Source: Candidatus Saccharimonadales bacterium
GTDB taxonomy: Bacteria; Patescibacteriota; Saccharimonadia; Saccharimonadales; UBA4665
Reading direction: 5' to 3'
Assembly: GCA_035547815.1 (NCBI GenBank)
Contig: DASZUB010000034.1
Coordinates: 829-64,828, forward strand
Length of the DNA: 64,000 nt
The notes under the pieces are model-generated. The model searched no databases. It saw nothing but the letters and a program-made list of their open reading frames with translations, and had not been told where the DNA came from. The position numbers and the translations under genes were made by a program. This document shows, in pieces, positions 8,642 to 18,068 of the stretch (its first letter is position 1; every line of letters starts with the position of its first letter).

Positions 8642-9604
8642 ATGAGCGACAGCAAAGATATTCCCGAGCATGATGTCATTATCGTGGGCGCCGGTCCGGC
8701 CGCGTTGACGGCGGCTATCTATACCACCAGAGAAGATATCGAGACGTTGCTGTTTGAACGCGGTGTCGTCGGCGGTCTGGCCGCGGTAACGGACAAGATC
8801 GATAACTATCCCGGTTTTCCGTTAGGCGTGGAAGGCCTTAAATTGGCTGGCGATCTGCAGCAGCAGGCCGAGCGCTTCGGTGCCAAGATCGAGCTAGGAG
8901 AAGTTACTTCTATCGAAGACCAGGGCGACTGGAAACTTCTCAAGACCACCAGCGGTGACATGAAAGCCCGCTCGGTTCTGATCGCCACTGGCAGTGATTA
9001 CAAGAAAATCGGCGTCCCCGGCGAAGAAGAGTTCTACGCCCGCGGCGTCCACTACTGCGCCACCTGCGACGGTGCCTTTTACCGCGACAAGCGTTTGGTC
9101 GTCGTCGGCGGCGGCAATTCGGCATTTCAGGAAGCGATTTTCCTAACCAGGTTCGCTTCGCATATCGACCTGCTGGTCCGGACCACCGTAAAAGCCAGTG
9201 ATGTACTGGAAGATGAGATGCAGAAATTCGTTGATGAGGGCAAAGTCACGGTTCACTTGGGCACCTCGACAGATGAGATTATCGGCGAAGAAGGCAAGGG
9301 CGTAACCAAGGTAGTCGGCACCAAGGACGGCCAGAAGGTCGAGTTCGAGACGGACGGCGTCTTCGTGTTCGTGGGCCTTAAGCCTAACTCACAGTTCCTG
9401 GAGAACTCCAGCATACAATTCGATAACGTAGGGTTCGTTAAGACCAACCAGGATCTGGAAACAGCCCTGCCCGGCGTATTCGCGGCCGGCGATATCCGCA
9501 GCGGCGCCACCATGCAGATCGCCAGCGCGGCCGGCGAGGGCGCCACGGCCGCCCTGAAGATCCGCGAATATCTTGAGGGCCGTCCCCACCCGGTACAAAA
9601 TTAA
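8642..9604 (+). CDS. trxB: thioredoxin-disulfide reductase
   Basis: GAGPAALTAA FAD motif, CATCDG redox-active disulfide, and GGGNSA NADPH motif. Confidence 0.95.
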   Translation: MSDSKDIPEHDVIIVGAGPAALTAAIYTTREDIETLLFERGVVGGLAAVTDKIDNYPGFPLGVEGLKLAGDLQQQAERFGAKIELGEVTSIEDQGDWKLLKTTSGDMKARSVLIATGSDYKKIGVPGEEEFYARGVHYCATCDGAFYRDKRLVVVGGGNSAFQEAIFLTRFASHIDLLVRTTVKASDVLEDEMQKFVDEGKVTVHLGTSTDEIIGEEGKGVTKVVGTKDGQKVEFETDGVFVFVGLKPNSQFLENSSIQFDNVGFVKTNQDLETALPGVFAAGDIRSGATMQIASAAGEGATAALKIREYLEGRPHPVQN

Positions 9605-10849
9605 TTAGTGCCTGAAATTGAAGCTACGGGTAGACGGACGCGCTTCCAGGCCGTTGGCTTCCAACGCCTCTTCTGAAACATTGAAGCCTCGCAAAAGCTG
9701 ATTTAAAAGCATATGCTTGAATCTGACTGTTGAATCGGTGCCGCGGACAAAAGCTATGCCGGGTTCCAGCACAACCTGTCTTCGTTTTCCGTAGTCTATA
9801 TCCGAGCCTGCTTTAAGCAAGCCCCGGATGGCTCTGACAGTATCTCTTGGGTGCTGTTGATTTAAAGCGGCTTTTACCCCTTGCTCAAAAAGCTCGGTAA
9901 TATATTCTTCAGGTTGCTCGGTCTTGTCTGCCAGCTCAATGATTTCATGCAAGCACTCTATTTCTGAAATCTCGTCATCATCTACTGCTGCCTCTATCCG
10001 CATATCATTCAATAGCTTGCGTACGTAATCTTCGGGCTGTTCGGTTTCAGCGGACAAAGAAACCAGTTTCGCGAGCTTTTCAATCCTGGTTTTTTTGTGA
10101 TCTACTTGGTCAACCGCTGCCTCTGCCTCTCTAATGACTTCGCTGATATATTCTGGATGCTGGCCGTTAAAATGCCGTATACCAACAGTGGCTACGGCTA
10201 TCAACGTCTCGGCTTGATTTACAGGCTTCTCTATATGCTTGGAGTCTTGATGCAGCCTTTCAGCGAATCGGTAGGCATAGTCATCCGACAGCCCCCATTC
10301 TTCTACTCGATCTATGAAATCTTGGAAATCGTCCGCAGGATTAGAACTTCCGGGAGAATCAAACCGGTAATAAGCATACAAACGTTCTGCCAACGTTTCC
10401 ATGTATTCAATAGGCTGTTCGGTAGTTTTTGCCGCCGTTGCAACATCCGATATATTGCTTGAATCAACACCGCCCTCGCCAAATAAAGAAACCGCGCCGT
10501 CCAGGACGCCGGTTACATATTCAGGTGCCTGGCCTGTTTTGTACGCGGTCGTGGCTATTTCAATATAAGCATTGATCATGCATTCTTCGTCTGAGCGGCC
10601 CCTGTTATGGTATGAATAGCCGCTTCCTCTGATAGCTAGAGCCTGTTCCTGAGCGGTATCGAGAACTTTTTTGATAAAATCTCCGGCGCCGTGCAGTTCA
10701 TAATCATTCAGTGCGATTTCACATAGATCAGCAACCTGCTGGGAGGGGTGCTCCTCCAAAATCTTGCCGATGGCCGCACCGCCCAATTCATGAATGCGTA
10801 AATATTCATCAGTTGTATATAGTCCATGAATTCTATCGGTTTCTCCCAT
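9605..10849 (-). CDS. hypothetical acidic helical-repeat protein (about six copies of an A-x-x-T-E-Q-P-E-x-Y motif)
   Basis: 414-aa ORF with an AAGGAG Shine-Dalgarno. Repeats include TEQPIEYMETL, TEQPEDYVRKL, TEQPEEYITEL, GQAPEYVTGVL and GQHPEYISEVI. No family recognised. Confidence 0.7.
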   Translation of the reverse strand: MGETDRIHGLYTTDEYLRIHELGGAAIGKILEEHPSQQVADLCEIALNDYELHGAGDFIKKVLDTAQEQALAIRGSGYSYHNRGRSDEECMINAYIEIATTAYKTGQAPEYVTGVLDGAVSLFGEGGVDSSNISDVATAAKTTEQPIEYMETLAERLYAYYRFDSPGSSNPADDFQDFIDRVEEWGLSDDYAYRFAERLHQDSKHIEKPVNQAETLIAVATVGIRHFNGQHPEYISEVIREAEAAVDQVDHKKTRIEKLAKLVSLSAETEQPEDYVRKLLNDMRIEAAVDDDEISEIECLHEIIELADKTEQPEEYITELFEQGVKAALNQQHPRDTVRAIRGLLKAGSDIDYGKRRQVVLEPGIAFVRGTDSTVRFKHMLLNQLLRGFNVSEEALEANGLEARPSTRSFNFRH

Positions 10850-10970
10850 GGCAAGCTCCTTATTATAAGAGTTACATTATCAATAACGTGACAAAAGCGC
10901 AACGCTCTGATTTGGTATTCAGAACCTGTCATGCTTGCGCAGGTGCTCATAGCGGAGTTACAGTAAGATT

Positions 10971-12092
10971 ATGAGTAGCATTACCTCCAAACAAACTGTC
11001 GAACGATTGCTGGCCTTAGCCGACGTAGAAATTAACGGCCGCCGTGCCTTTGATATAAAAGTTAACGATGAACGCCTGTATAACCGTGTGCTCCGTCAGG
11101 GTACGCTAGGACTTGGCGAGGCATATATGGACGGCTGGTGGGACGCCAAGCGGGTAGATGAACTGATAAGTCGCTTACTGGCGGCCGATCTGCGCGACAA
11201 AGCGAAAATCAGCCCTAAAATGGCAGTTAATTTCGCTGCCGGTTATGTTATAAATCGTCAATCGGTCAGGCGGGCCCGTCATAATGCCGCCCATCACTAT
11301 AACATCGGCAACGACCTGTACGAGCGCATGTTGGACAAGCGCATGATTTATAGTTGCGCTTACTGGAAAGGCGCTAAAACTCTTGACGAGGCCCAGACGG
11401 CCAAGCTTGATCTTATTTGCCGCAAGCTGCATCTAAAAAAGGGCATGAAGCTCTTGGATATCGGTTGTGGGTGGGGCGGTTTCGCAGAATACGCCGCCAA
11501 AAAATACGGCGTGGAAGTAACCGGCATATCGCCGGCTGCCGAGCAAGTCAAGTTGGCCAAAAAACGTACAAAAGGGCTGTCGGTCAAAATTTTGCAGAAA
11601 GACTATCGTTATGTATCGGGTTCGTTCGATCGAATAGTCTCGATCGGTATGCTGGAGCACGTAGGACCCAAAAACTATCCGGCCTTTTTTGATAAATGCT
11701 ACAAGCTCCTGAAAGACGACGGCATGATGCTGCATCACTTCATAGGCAGCAACCGTTCGGTCCGCGGTACCGAGCCGTGGATAGATAAATATATTTTTCC
11801 GGGTGGTGTGTTGCCATCGATTACACAGGTAGCCGGCGCTGTTGAGAAGAAATTCATAATCGAAGATGTGCACAATTTCGGGCCGTACTACGACCGTACG
11901 CTGATGGCCTGGTATGACAATTTCAAGAAACATTACCATGAGATCAGCGACCATTATGATGAGCGTTTTTATCGGATGTGGACGTATTATTTGCTATCTT
12001 GCGCCGGTGCTTTCCGTGCCCGCCATCTGCAGCTTTGGCAGGTCGTCATGCGCAAGATCGAGCCATCCGGCGTCTACGAAGCCGTACGCTAG
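10971..12092 (+). CDS. cfa: cyclopropane-fatty-acyl-phospholipid synthase
   Basis: SAM motif LLDIGCGWGG, plus YSCAYW and YDNF segments typical of the CFA synthase family. Confidence 0.9.
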   Translation: MSSITSKQTVERLLALADVEINGRRAFDIKVNDERLYNRVLRQGTLGLGEAYMDGWWDAKRVDELISRLLAADLRDKAKISPKMAVNFAAGYVINRQSVRRARHNAAHHYNIGNDLYERMLDKRMIYSCAYWKGAKTLDEAQTAKLDLICRKLHLKKGMKLLDIGCGWGGFAEYAAKKYGVEVTGISPAAEQVKLAKKRTKGLSVKILQKDYRYVSGSFDRIVSIGMLEHVGPKNYPAFFDKCYKLLKDDGMMLHHFIGSNRSVRGTEPWIDKYIFPGGVLPSITQVAGAVEKKFIIEDVHNFGPYYDRTLMAWYDNFKKHYHEISDHYDERFYRMWTYYLLSCAGAFRARHLQLWQVVMRKIEPSGVYEAVR

Positions 12093-12101
12093 ATGCATGA
12101 T

Positions 12102-12809
12102 TTAAATGGCGTCGTAATTCGGAAATTCGTCGCTGACGATCTGGTTCTTGTTTAGTCCGGCCTTATGCAGGTCTTTGGCCAGGGATTGGACCATAGGCTC
12201 GGGCCCGGAAACGTAAACTAGGGTGTCATCGGTCGGCTTTTCAAGCTCCAGCACCATTTCGGCGGTGATGCGTCCGCGCTCGCCGCCCCACGAGTCCGAC
12301 GGTTCACTGACAACGATGATCGGTTCGACATGGGCTGCCCGGAAAGTATCCTGAAAAATTATTTCATCCTCGTTGCGCACCCCATATAGGAATTTGATCG
12401 GCCTCTCTTCGACGGTGTCGGCCAGCCACTGGAACATGCTATGGAAAGGAGTCAGGCCGATACCTCCGGCGATAAAGACCAGCGGGGTCTGGATCAGTTT
12501 TGGCAGCACGAAATCGCCCATCGGTTCGGCTGCTTCCAGTACGGTCCCAGGCTTCAGCGAAAAAAGTTTACGCTTGAAGCTGCTACTTTTGTCGTCGCCG
12601 GCGTACTTGGTGGTGATAGTCAAAAAATCACTTTCCGGTGAAGACGACAGCGTGAACCAGCGCTTGTCGCCACGGTCATCCGGATGCGGGTGCGGGACGT
12701 GCAGTTCAGTGTATTGGCCGGCCGTATAGCGTACCGGTTGCTCCGGCTTGAAATAAAAAGTCCGGATGTTAGCGGCCTCTGGTTCTGAGTGGTCGAGGGT
12801 TATCTTCAT
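12102..12809 (-). CDS. FAD/NAD(P)-binding oxidoreductase, ferredoxin-NADP reductase-like
   Basis: FNR-type layout with RWFTLSSSP (R-x-Y-S-like FAD motif) and FIAGGIGLTPF NAD(P) motif. Confidence 0.75.
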   Translation of the reverse strand: MKITLDHSEPEAANIRTFYFKPEQPVRYTAGQYTELHVPHPHPDDRGDKRWFTLSSSPESDFLTITTKYAGDDKSSSFKRKLFSLKPGTVLEAAEPMGDFVLPKLIQTPLVFIAGGIGLTPFHSMFQWLADTVEERPIKFLYGVRNEDEIIFQDTFRAAHVEPIIVVSEPSDSWGGERGRITAEMVLELEKPTDDTLVYVSGPEPMVQSLAKDLHKAGLNKNQIVSDEFPNYDAI

Positions 12810-12824
12810 ATACTTAATTATATC

Positions 12825-13502
12825 CTAACCCCGAGAACTAAAACGATCAGGGTAATCTGTAATGACGCCGGCCAGACCCCATTTTTGCCAGCGCTTGGCC
12901 TTGGCGGAGTTATTGAGCGTATAGGCGTAAAGTTTCTTATCGCTGTTCTTGAAGCCACGGATGAATCCCCACCACAACCATAACTGGTTCATAGCAATTT
13001 CTTGGGCGCCCAACTCTTTGGCCCGCCGGTGGGCGCGCACGCCGCTCCACGGCTCAATGACGATGACTGGTATGTCCGGCAGTTTCTCGTGCAGCTCGCG
13101 CAAAGTCTTTTGGCTTTTGGAGGCGATCCGCAAGCCATCCGGCGAATAAGCGCCACTTTTCAGCCGGCTTTTGATCGCACCGGCTATCGGCCGCACAAGC
13201 TCGCCGTGCTTTACCTCGATATATGGGACGGCCTTGCCGGCGATCTGGTCAAGGGCTTCTTCAAGTGTCATGAGTCCCGGAAAATGCTCTTTTAGCTCCC
13301 CGTAGGAGTGTTCAGAGAGCTTGAGTCTGTTCGGTCCGTTGAGCTTGGCGTCATGGTGCAGGACCGGCACGCCGTCCTTGGTGACGCGGACATCGAACTC
13401 CAGCATGTCAACGTGATGCTCCAGGGCTTTTCGCAGGCTGGTCGCGGTGTTTTCCGGTGCTAGTCCGCGCGCGCCGCGGTGACCGATTATTTTCATAGGC
13501 AT
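12825..13502 (-). CDS. glpQ: glycerophosphodiester phosphodiesterase
   Basis: IIGHRGARGLAPENT and EFDVRVTKDGVPVLHHD motifs. Start is taken at ATG 13502 (alternative ATG 13496). The track extension to 13559 is rejected. Confidence 0.85.
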   Translation of the reverse strand: MPMKIIGHRGARGLAPENTATSLRKALEHHVDMLEFDVRVTKDGVPVLHHDAKLNGPNRLKLSEHSYGELKEHFPGLMTLEEALDQIAGKAVPYIEVKHGELVRPIAGAIKSRLKSGAYSPDGLRIASKSQKTLRELHEKLPDIPVIVIEPWSGVRAHRRAKELGAQEIAMNQLWLWWGFIRGFKNSDKKLYAYTLNNSAKAKRWQKWGLAGVITDYPDRFSSRG

Positions 13503-13509
13503 AGTGTAC

Positions 13510-13538
13510 AATAATTCTTGAGAAAGAAAGGAATTATT
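13510..13538. promoter_or_regulatory. 8-bp inverted repeat AATAATTC-N13-GAATTATT in the glpQ/ppa divergent region
   Basis: The arms lie at 13510-13517 and 13531-13538, between two divergent start codons only about 40 bp apart. Confidence 0.25.
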
Positions 13539-13541
13539 CAG

Positions 13542-14072
13542 ATGCCTGATTTTAACCAAGTTTTAACCGTTGGCGACTACGAGAACGGGGTCGTGAACAC
13601 TGTCGTAGAAATTCCGCAGGGTAGTACCCTGAAGATCGAGTGGGACCGGAAGCGTGCCGCTTTCATGCTGGACCGTGTTGAGCCGGGCATATATAAAAAG
13701 CCGGTCAATTACGGCTTTATTCCTCAGACATTGGATGAAGACGGCGACGAACTGGACACCCTGGTGGTCTGTGCCGAGCCGATTCCGACCGGCGTATGGC
13801 TAGAGGCCAAAGTGATCGGCGTGTTGAATTTCGAAGACGATGGCGAAGCCGACCATAAGGTCGTCGTCGTGCCCGCCGATGACCGTAATACAGGTGACAG
13901 CATCAAGCATTTGCGCGATCTGGGCGGCCGCTGGCAGCAACAGATCGAGGAACACTTCAAACACTACAAAGATCTCAAGAAGCCCGGCACTACCAAAGTA
14001 CTTGGCTGGGGTGACATAGAAGACGCCAAGAAAATCATCGCCGAATCCATCGAACGCTATCAGAATCAGTAA
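13542..14072 (+). CDS. ppa: inorganic pyrophosphatase (family I)
   Basis: It has DEDGDELDTLV and the family I acidic motifs. AAAGGA Shine-Dalgarno before ATG 13542. Confidence 0.9.
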   Translation: MPDFNQVLTVGDYENGVVNTVVEIPQGSTLKIEWDRKRAAFMLDRVEPGIYKKPVNYGFIPQTLDEDGDELDTLVVCAEPIPTGVWLEAKVIGVLNFEDDGEADHKVVVVPADDRNTGDSIKHLRDLGGRWQQQIEEHFKHYKDLKKPGTTKVLGWGDIEDAKKIIAESIERYQNQ

Positions 14073-14123
14073 CTAAAAACTGTAGAAAAGCTGAGAAATT
14101 TCCTCACCGGTGCCCCTAAGTAG

Positions 14124-14152
14124 TTGCGCCAGCCGGTGCGGGCTTTTACAAT
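14124..14152 (+). promoter_or_regulatory. sigma70-type promoter TTGCGC-N17-TACAAT upstream of gap
   Basis: -35 at 14124-14129 and -10 at 14147-14152. Confidence 0.45.
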
Positions 14153-14195
14153 ATAGCCATAAGCATTAGAATAAAAACAAGCAAAGGATTAGAGT

Positions 14196-15224
14196 ATGAA
14201 AACACGCGTGGCAATCAATGGCTTCGGACGGATCGGACGCAACGCTTTCAAAGTGGCGTTTGAACGCGATGACCTGGAAATCGTAGCTATCAATGACCTG
14301 ACCGACACTAAGACACTGGCGCACCTGCTTAAGCACGACAGCAACTACGGCACCTATCATTACGATGTCGGCCATGACGACAAAGGCATAAAGGTCAATA
14401 AGAAGCATATTGCCGTGCTGGCAGAGAAAGATCCGGCCAAACTACCCTGGAAAGAGCATAAGATAGATGTTGTAATTGAATCAACAGGCTTTTTTGTGAA
14501 ACCTGAACTGGCCCAGGCGCATATCAAAGCTGGCGCCAAAAAGGTCGTCTTAAGCGCGCCATCCAAAGGCGACCATGCCGAAGACGCGCAGACCGTAGTG
14601 CTCGGCGTCAACGAGAACCAGCTGGAATCAGCCGGCGAAATCATTAGCAACGCGTCCTGTACTACCAACTGCATCACACCGGTGGCGGCCGTTATCGAAA
14701 GCAATTTCGGCATTGAAAAGGCCATGATGACCACTACCCACAGCTATACCGCCAGCCAGCGCCTGCAGGATGCGCCAGCCAAAGACCTGCGCGAAGCCAG
14801 GAACGCGGCCGAAAACATCGTCCCGACCACGACCGGCGCTTCAATCGCTGCCGCCCGTGCGCTGCCGGCACTCAAAGACATCTTCGGGGGCATGAGCATC
14901 CGCGTACCGACACCGGTGGTGTCGCTCGCCGACTTCGTGATCATCACCAAGCGGCCGGTCACCGTAGAGGAAGTCAACAAAGCTTTCAAAGATGCCGCCA
15001 AAGAACCGTTTTGGCAGGGAATTCTGGATGTCACCGAAGAGGAGCTGGTCAGTAGCGACTTCATCGGCAATAGCCATTCGTCGATAATCGACCTCAACCT
15101 GACGGCCGTCGTCGGCGGCAACATGCTGAAAGTCGTAGCTTGGTATGATAACGAATGGGGATATAGCAACCGGCTCGTAGAGGTCGTGGCTGACACGGGA
15201 CGGCTGCTGCATAGCAAGAAATAA
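14196..15224 (+). CDS. gap: type I glyceraldehyde-3-phosphate dehydrogenase
   Basis: INGFGRIGR NAD motif and SNASCTTNC catalytic-Cys motif. Confidence 0.95.
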   Translation: MKTRVAINGFGRIGRNAFKVAFERDDLEIVAINDLTDTKTLAHLLKHDSNYGTYHYDVGHDDKGIKVNKKHIAVLAEKDPAKLPWKEHKIDVVIESTGFFVKPELAQAHIKAGAKKVVLSAPSKGDHAEDAQTVVLGVNENQLESAGEIISNASCTTNCITPVAAVIESNFGIEKAMMTTTHSYTASQRLQDAPAKDLREARNAAENIVPTTTGASIAAARALPALKDIFGGMSIRVPTPVVSLADFVIITKRPVTVEEVNKAFKDAAKEPFWQGILDVTEEELVSSDFIGNSHSSIIDLNLTAVVGGNMLKVVAWYDNEWGYSNRLVEVVADTGRLLHSKK

Positions 15225-15227
15225 GCC

Positions 15228-15674
15228 ATGAAGGTCTATCTGGGCGCTGATCATAACGGGTTCGAATACAAGAACCAGTTGGCTAGCGCCCTCAAACAAG
15301 CCGGCCACGAGGTAGTCGACGAAGGCGATGAAAATCTGAAAGCCGACGATGATTACCCGACATTCGCCGCCAAAGTCGCCCATGCCGTGTTATCAGACGG
15401 CGATTCCGAAGCCCGCGGTATATTGATTTGTGGCAGCGGCCAGGGCATGTGTATCGCCGCTAACCGGTTCAAAGGTATCCGCGCCGCGCTCTGCTGGGAC
15501 CAGACCGAAGCCCGCGCTGCCCGCAACGATGACGATTGCAACATACTTTGCCTGTCTTCGCGCTACACCTCACTGGAAGAGGCAGGATCGATCATGGCCA
15601 CCTTTTTGTCCACGCCTTTCGCCGCTGCCCCCCGTTTCATCCGCCGTATCGAAGAGCTGGACAAGTTAGGGTAG
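15228..15674 (+). CDS. rpiB: ribose-5-phosphate isomerase B
   Basis: GILICGSGQGMCIAANRFKGIRAA motif of the RpiB/LacAB family. Confidence 0.9.
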   Translation: MKVYLGADHNGFEYKNQLASALKQAGHEVVDEGDENLKADDDYPTFAAKVAHAVLSDGDSEARGILICGSGQGMCIAANRFKGIRAALCWDQTEARAARNDDDCNILCLSSRYTSLEEAGSIMATFLSTPFAAAPRFIRRIEELDKLG

Positions 15675-15680
15675 CCTGAC

Positions 15681-16136
15681 GTGCTAGAACGAGCTTTGCG
15701 GTACCCGGGTGCGACGATCATCATCCTTGCCACGGTTCTGGGAGCCGTCGGTGCCATGTCACAGAAATTCTCACTTGGAGAGGGGGTGAGCGCCGGTTTC
15801 GCCGTGCTAGTCTTCACGGCGGCGTTCATATTGCTGCCATTCTGGGTGCTAGCATTCGTAGTCAGGCGTATTTATAAGCGCGTCGACGTGGATTATGTCC
15901 AGGGCCGATTGTGGTTCTGGGCGATTCCGGCGGCTTTGGCCATAGTGATGGCAATCTACTTCGGCGTCATCGGTGAGCAATCGCAGCAAACAGCTAATTC
16001 CAGCGATGCCATCAGCGGCGTAGTCATCTTCTTTTTCTATATATACCTAAGCGCTATCGGCTTGGTGGTCGCGTTCATATCCTCTATGTTCAGACTATGG
16101 CTTCTCAAACTAAAGCAGGAGGAGAAAAAGAAATGA
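15681..16136 (+). CDS. hypothetical integral membrane protein (about 4 TM)
   Basis: GTG start with four hydrophobic helices. Its stop overlaps the rpe ATG (ATGA at 16133-16136). Confidence 0.6.
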   Translation: MLERALRYPGATIIILATVLGAVGAMSQKFSLGEGVSAGFAVLVFTAAFILLPFWVLAFVVRRIYKRVDVDYVQGRLWFWAIPAALAIVMAIYFGVIGEQSQQTANSSDAISGVVIFFFYIYLSAIGLVVAFISSMFRLWLLKLKQEEKKK

Positions 16137-16768
16137 CGGTCATATGTCCGACGGTCACAGCCTACGATCCACATGAATACCGCGATCAAATGGAGCGGAT
16201 CCAGCCGTTCGCCAGGCGGGTGCATATCGATTTGATGGACGGCCGTTTTGCGCCGACTAAGTCTCCGGGCTTAAACCATGTCTGGTGGCCGGATAATGTC
16301 TCGGCCGACATACATCTTATGTACGCCCGTCCTTTACCGCAGCTGCCGATGCTCGTAAGGTTGCGCCCTAACATGGTCATAATCCACGCCGAGGCGGAAG
16401 TCGATCATGCCAATTTCGCGGCCGGGTTGCATAAGGTCGGTATCCGCGCCGGTTTGGCTTTGCTCCAAGACACCTCTGTGGAATCCGTGAAAGGTATCGT
16501 GAAAAGTTTTGACCATGTGCTGATTTTCAGCGGCCATCTGGGATATCATGGCGGCCAAGCCAATCTAAGCTTGACGCGTAAAATCCCTGAAATTCGCGCG
16601 CTTCGATCCGACGTGGAAATCGGCTGGGACGGCGGTGTGAATGACCAGAACGCCGGTCGGCTCGCCGGTGCCGATGTGGACGTCTTGGACGTTGGCGGCT
16701 ATATCAGCGACGCGAAAGACCCGGCTCTCGCGTACCGGGACTTGCAGTCCGCACTTACTGCCCGATAG
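16133..16768 (+). CDS. rpe: ribulose-phosphate 3-epimerase-family protein
   Basis: HIDLMDGRFAPT motif (H-x-D-x-MDG-x-F). AGGAGGAG Shine-Dalgarno before ATG 16133. Confidence 0.8.
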   Translation: MTVICPTVTAYDPHEYRDQMERIQPFARRVHIDLMDGRFAPTKSPGLNHVWWPDNVSADIHLMYARPLPQLPMLVRLRPNMVIIHAEAEVDHANFAAGLHKVGIRAGLALLQDTSVESVKGIVKSFDHVLIFSGHLGYHGGQANLSLTRKIPEIRALRSDVEIGWDGGVNDQNAGRLAGADVDVLDVGGYISDAKDPALAYRDLQSALTAR

Positions 16769-17117
16769 CGACGAGCTCAGGCGTGGTCGTCGTTGGGTCT
16801 TCGGAAGTTTCCATATTGATCACTGCGCTTCCAAGGTGCTCGGGAGCGCCTAATTCGACTGACCTAAGTTGCATGTCAGGGTCCGATGAATTAACCCTGA
16901 AGGTCCATTCCGTCTCGCCGTCCTCAAGATCTTTGGAGGGTGGAGAGTTGTCCGATTCTGCGCGGACATCAGACGGCAAACCCTCATGGGAATAATCGGC
17001 GAGGCAAACTACGGAGAGCCGGAAACGGGGCGGACGCAAACTCCACATCCGGTTCATCCCGACTGCTACGAAAGGCTTTTCCGGGGGACAATCAACCCGG
17101 CGTCCGAACTCGCTCAC
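16755..17117 (-). CDS. hypothetical protein (120 aa)
   Basis: GTG start 8 nt after AGGAG. It overlaps the rpe 3' end by 14 nt. No family recognised. Confidence 0.45.
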   Translation of the reverse strand: MSEFGRRVDCPPEKPFVAVGMNRMWSLRPPRFRLSVVCLADYSHEGLPSDVRAESDNSPPSKDLEDGETEWTFRVNSSDPDMQLRSVELGAPEHLGSAVINMETSEDPTTTTPELVAIGQ

Positions 17118-17210
17118 GGGACCTTCTCCTGATTATTTTTGGATTATACCACGCGACTTTATGGTGGCTTAAGGACAAAGGGGCGCATGGTTGCTATAAT
17201 CACAAGCAGA

Positions 17211-18068
17211 ATGCAGCAAAAATTACCTATCCAGCGGCTGGAAACGATAGCTAACGAGATTCGGGAAGACATCATCCGGATGCTGGAACATGCCGGCAGC
17301 GGGCACAGTGCTGGGCCGCTGGGATTGGCGGACATCTTCACGGCTTTTTACTTCGACATACTCAAGCACGATCCCAAAAATCCCGACTGGGAGGAACGCG
17401 ACATATTGCTGCTGAGCAACGGCCACTGCGTACCTGTGCGTTACGCTACCATGGCCCGTGCCGGCTATTTTGACCGCAAGGAGCTGATGACTCTGCGCCA
17501 ACTAGGTTCACGGCTGCAAGGTCATCCGGAGCGAAAGCGCTTGCCGGGTTTGGAAAACACCTCCGGCCCGCTCGGCTGCGGTCTGAGCCAGGCTTGCGGC
17601 ATGTCGCTGGCTATGCGGATGGATGGCCAGAAAAACCGCTGGATCTATGTGGTCACCGGTGATGGCGAGCAGGACGAGGGCAATATCTGGGAGGCTGCTA
17701 TGCTGGCCGGCAAATACAAGCTCAGCAACATCATCGCTGTCACTGACCGCAATAATATCCAGATAGACGGCCCGACCGAGCAGGTCATGCCGCTGGAGGA
17801 CCTGAAGGCCAAGTGGCAGGCTTTCGGCTGGCATGTGCTGGAAGTCAACGGCAATAACATCGAAGCTTTCATCGACGCCTGCGCCATGGGCCGTGCCGTA
17901 GAGAACCAACCGGTCATGATCATCGCGCACACTATTCCTGGCATGGGTGTGGACTTCATGGAAAATGACTTCGCATGGCACGGTAAACCGCCCGACCACG
18001 AGCAAGCGGTCAAGGCGCTGCACGAGCTGCGGACGCTCGGTGGCAAGATCCGGAGCGAACATGAATAA
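17211..18068 (+). CDS. tkt: transketolase, N-terminal (TPP-binding) subunit
   Basis: It has GHSAGPLG, GDGEQDEGNIWEA and other TPP motifs. ATG 17211 lies 10 nt after TATAAT 17195-17200. Alternative starts are 17187 and 17139. Confidence 0.9.
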   Translation: MQQKLPIQRLETIANEIREDIIRMLEHAGSGHSAGPLGLADIFTAFYFDILKHDPKNPDWEERDILLLSNGHCVPVRYATMARAGYFDRKELMTLRQLGSRLQGHPERKRLPGLENTSGPLGCGLSQACGMSLAMRMDGQKNRWIYVVTGDGEQDEGNIWEAAMLAGKYKLSNIIAVTDRNNIQIDGPTEQVMPLEDLKAKWQAFGWHVLEVNGNNIEAFIDACAMGRAVENQPVMIIAHTIPGMGVDFMENDFAWHGKPPDHEQAVKALHELRTLGGKIRSEHE

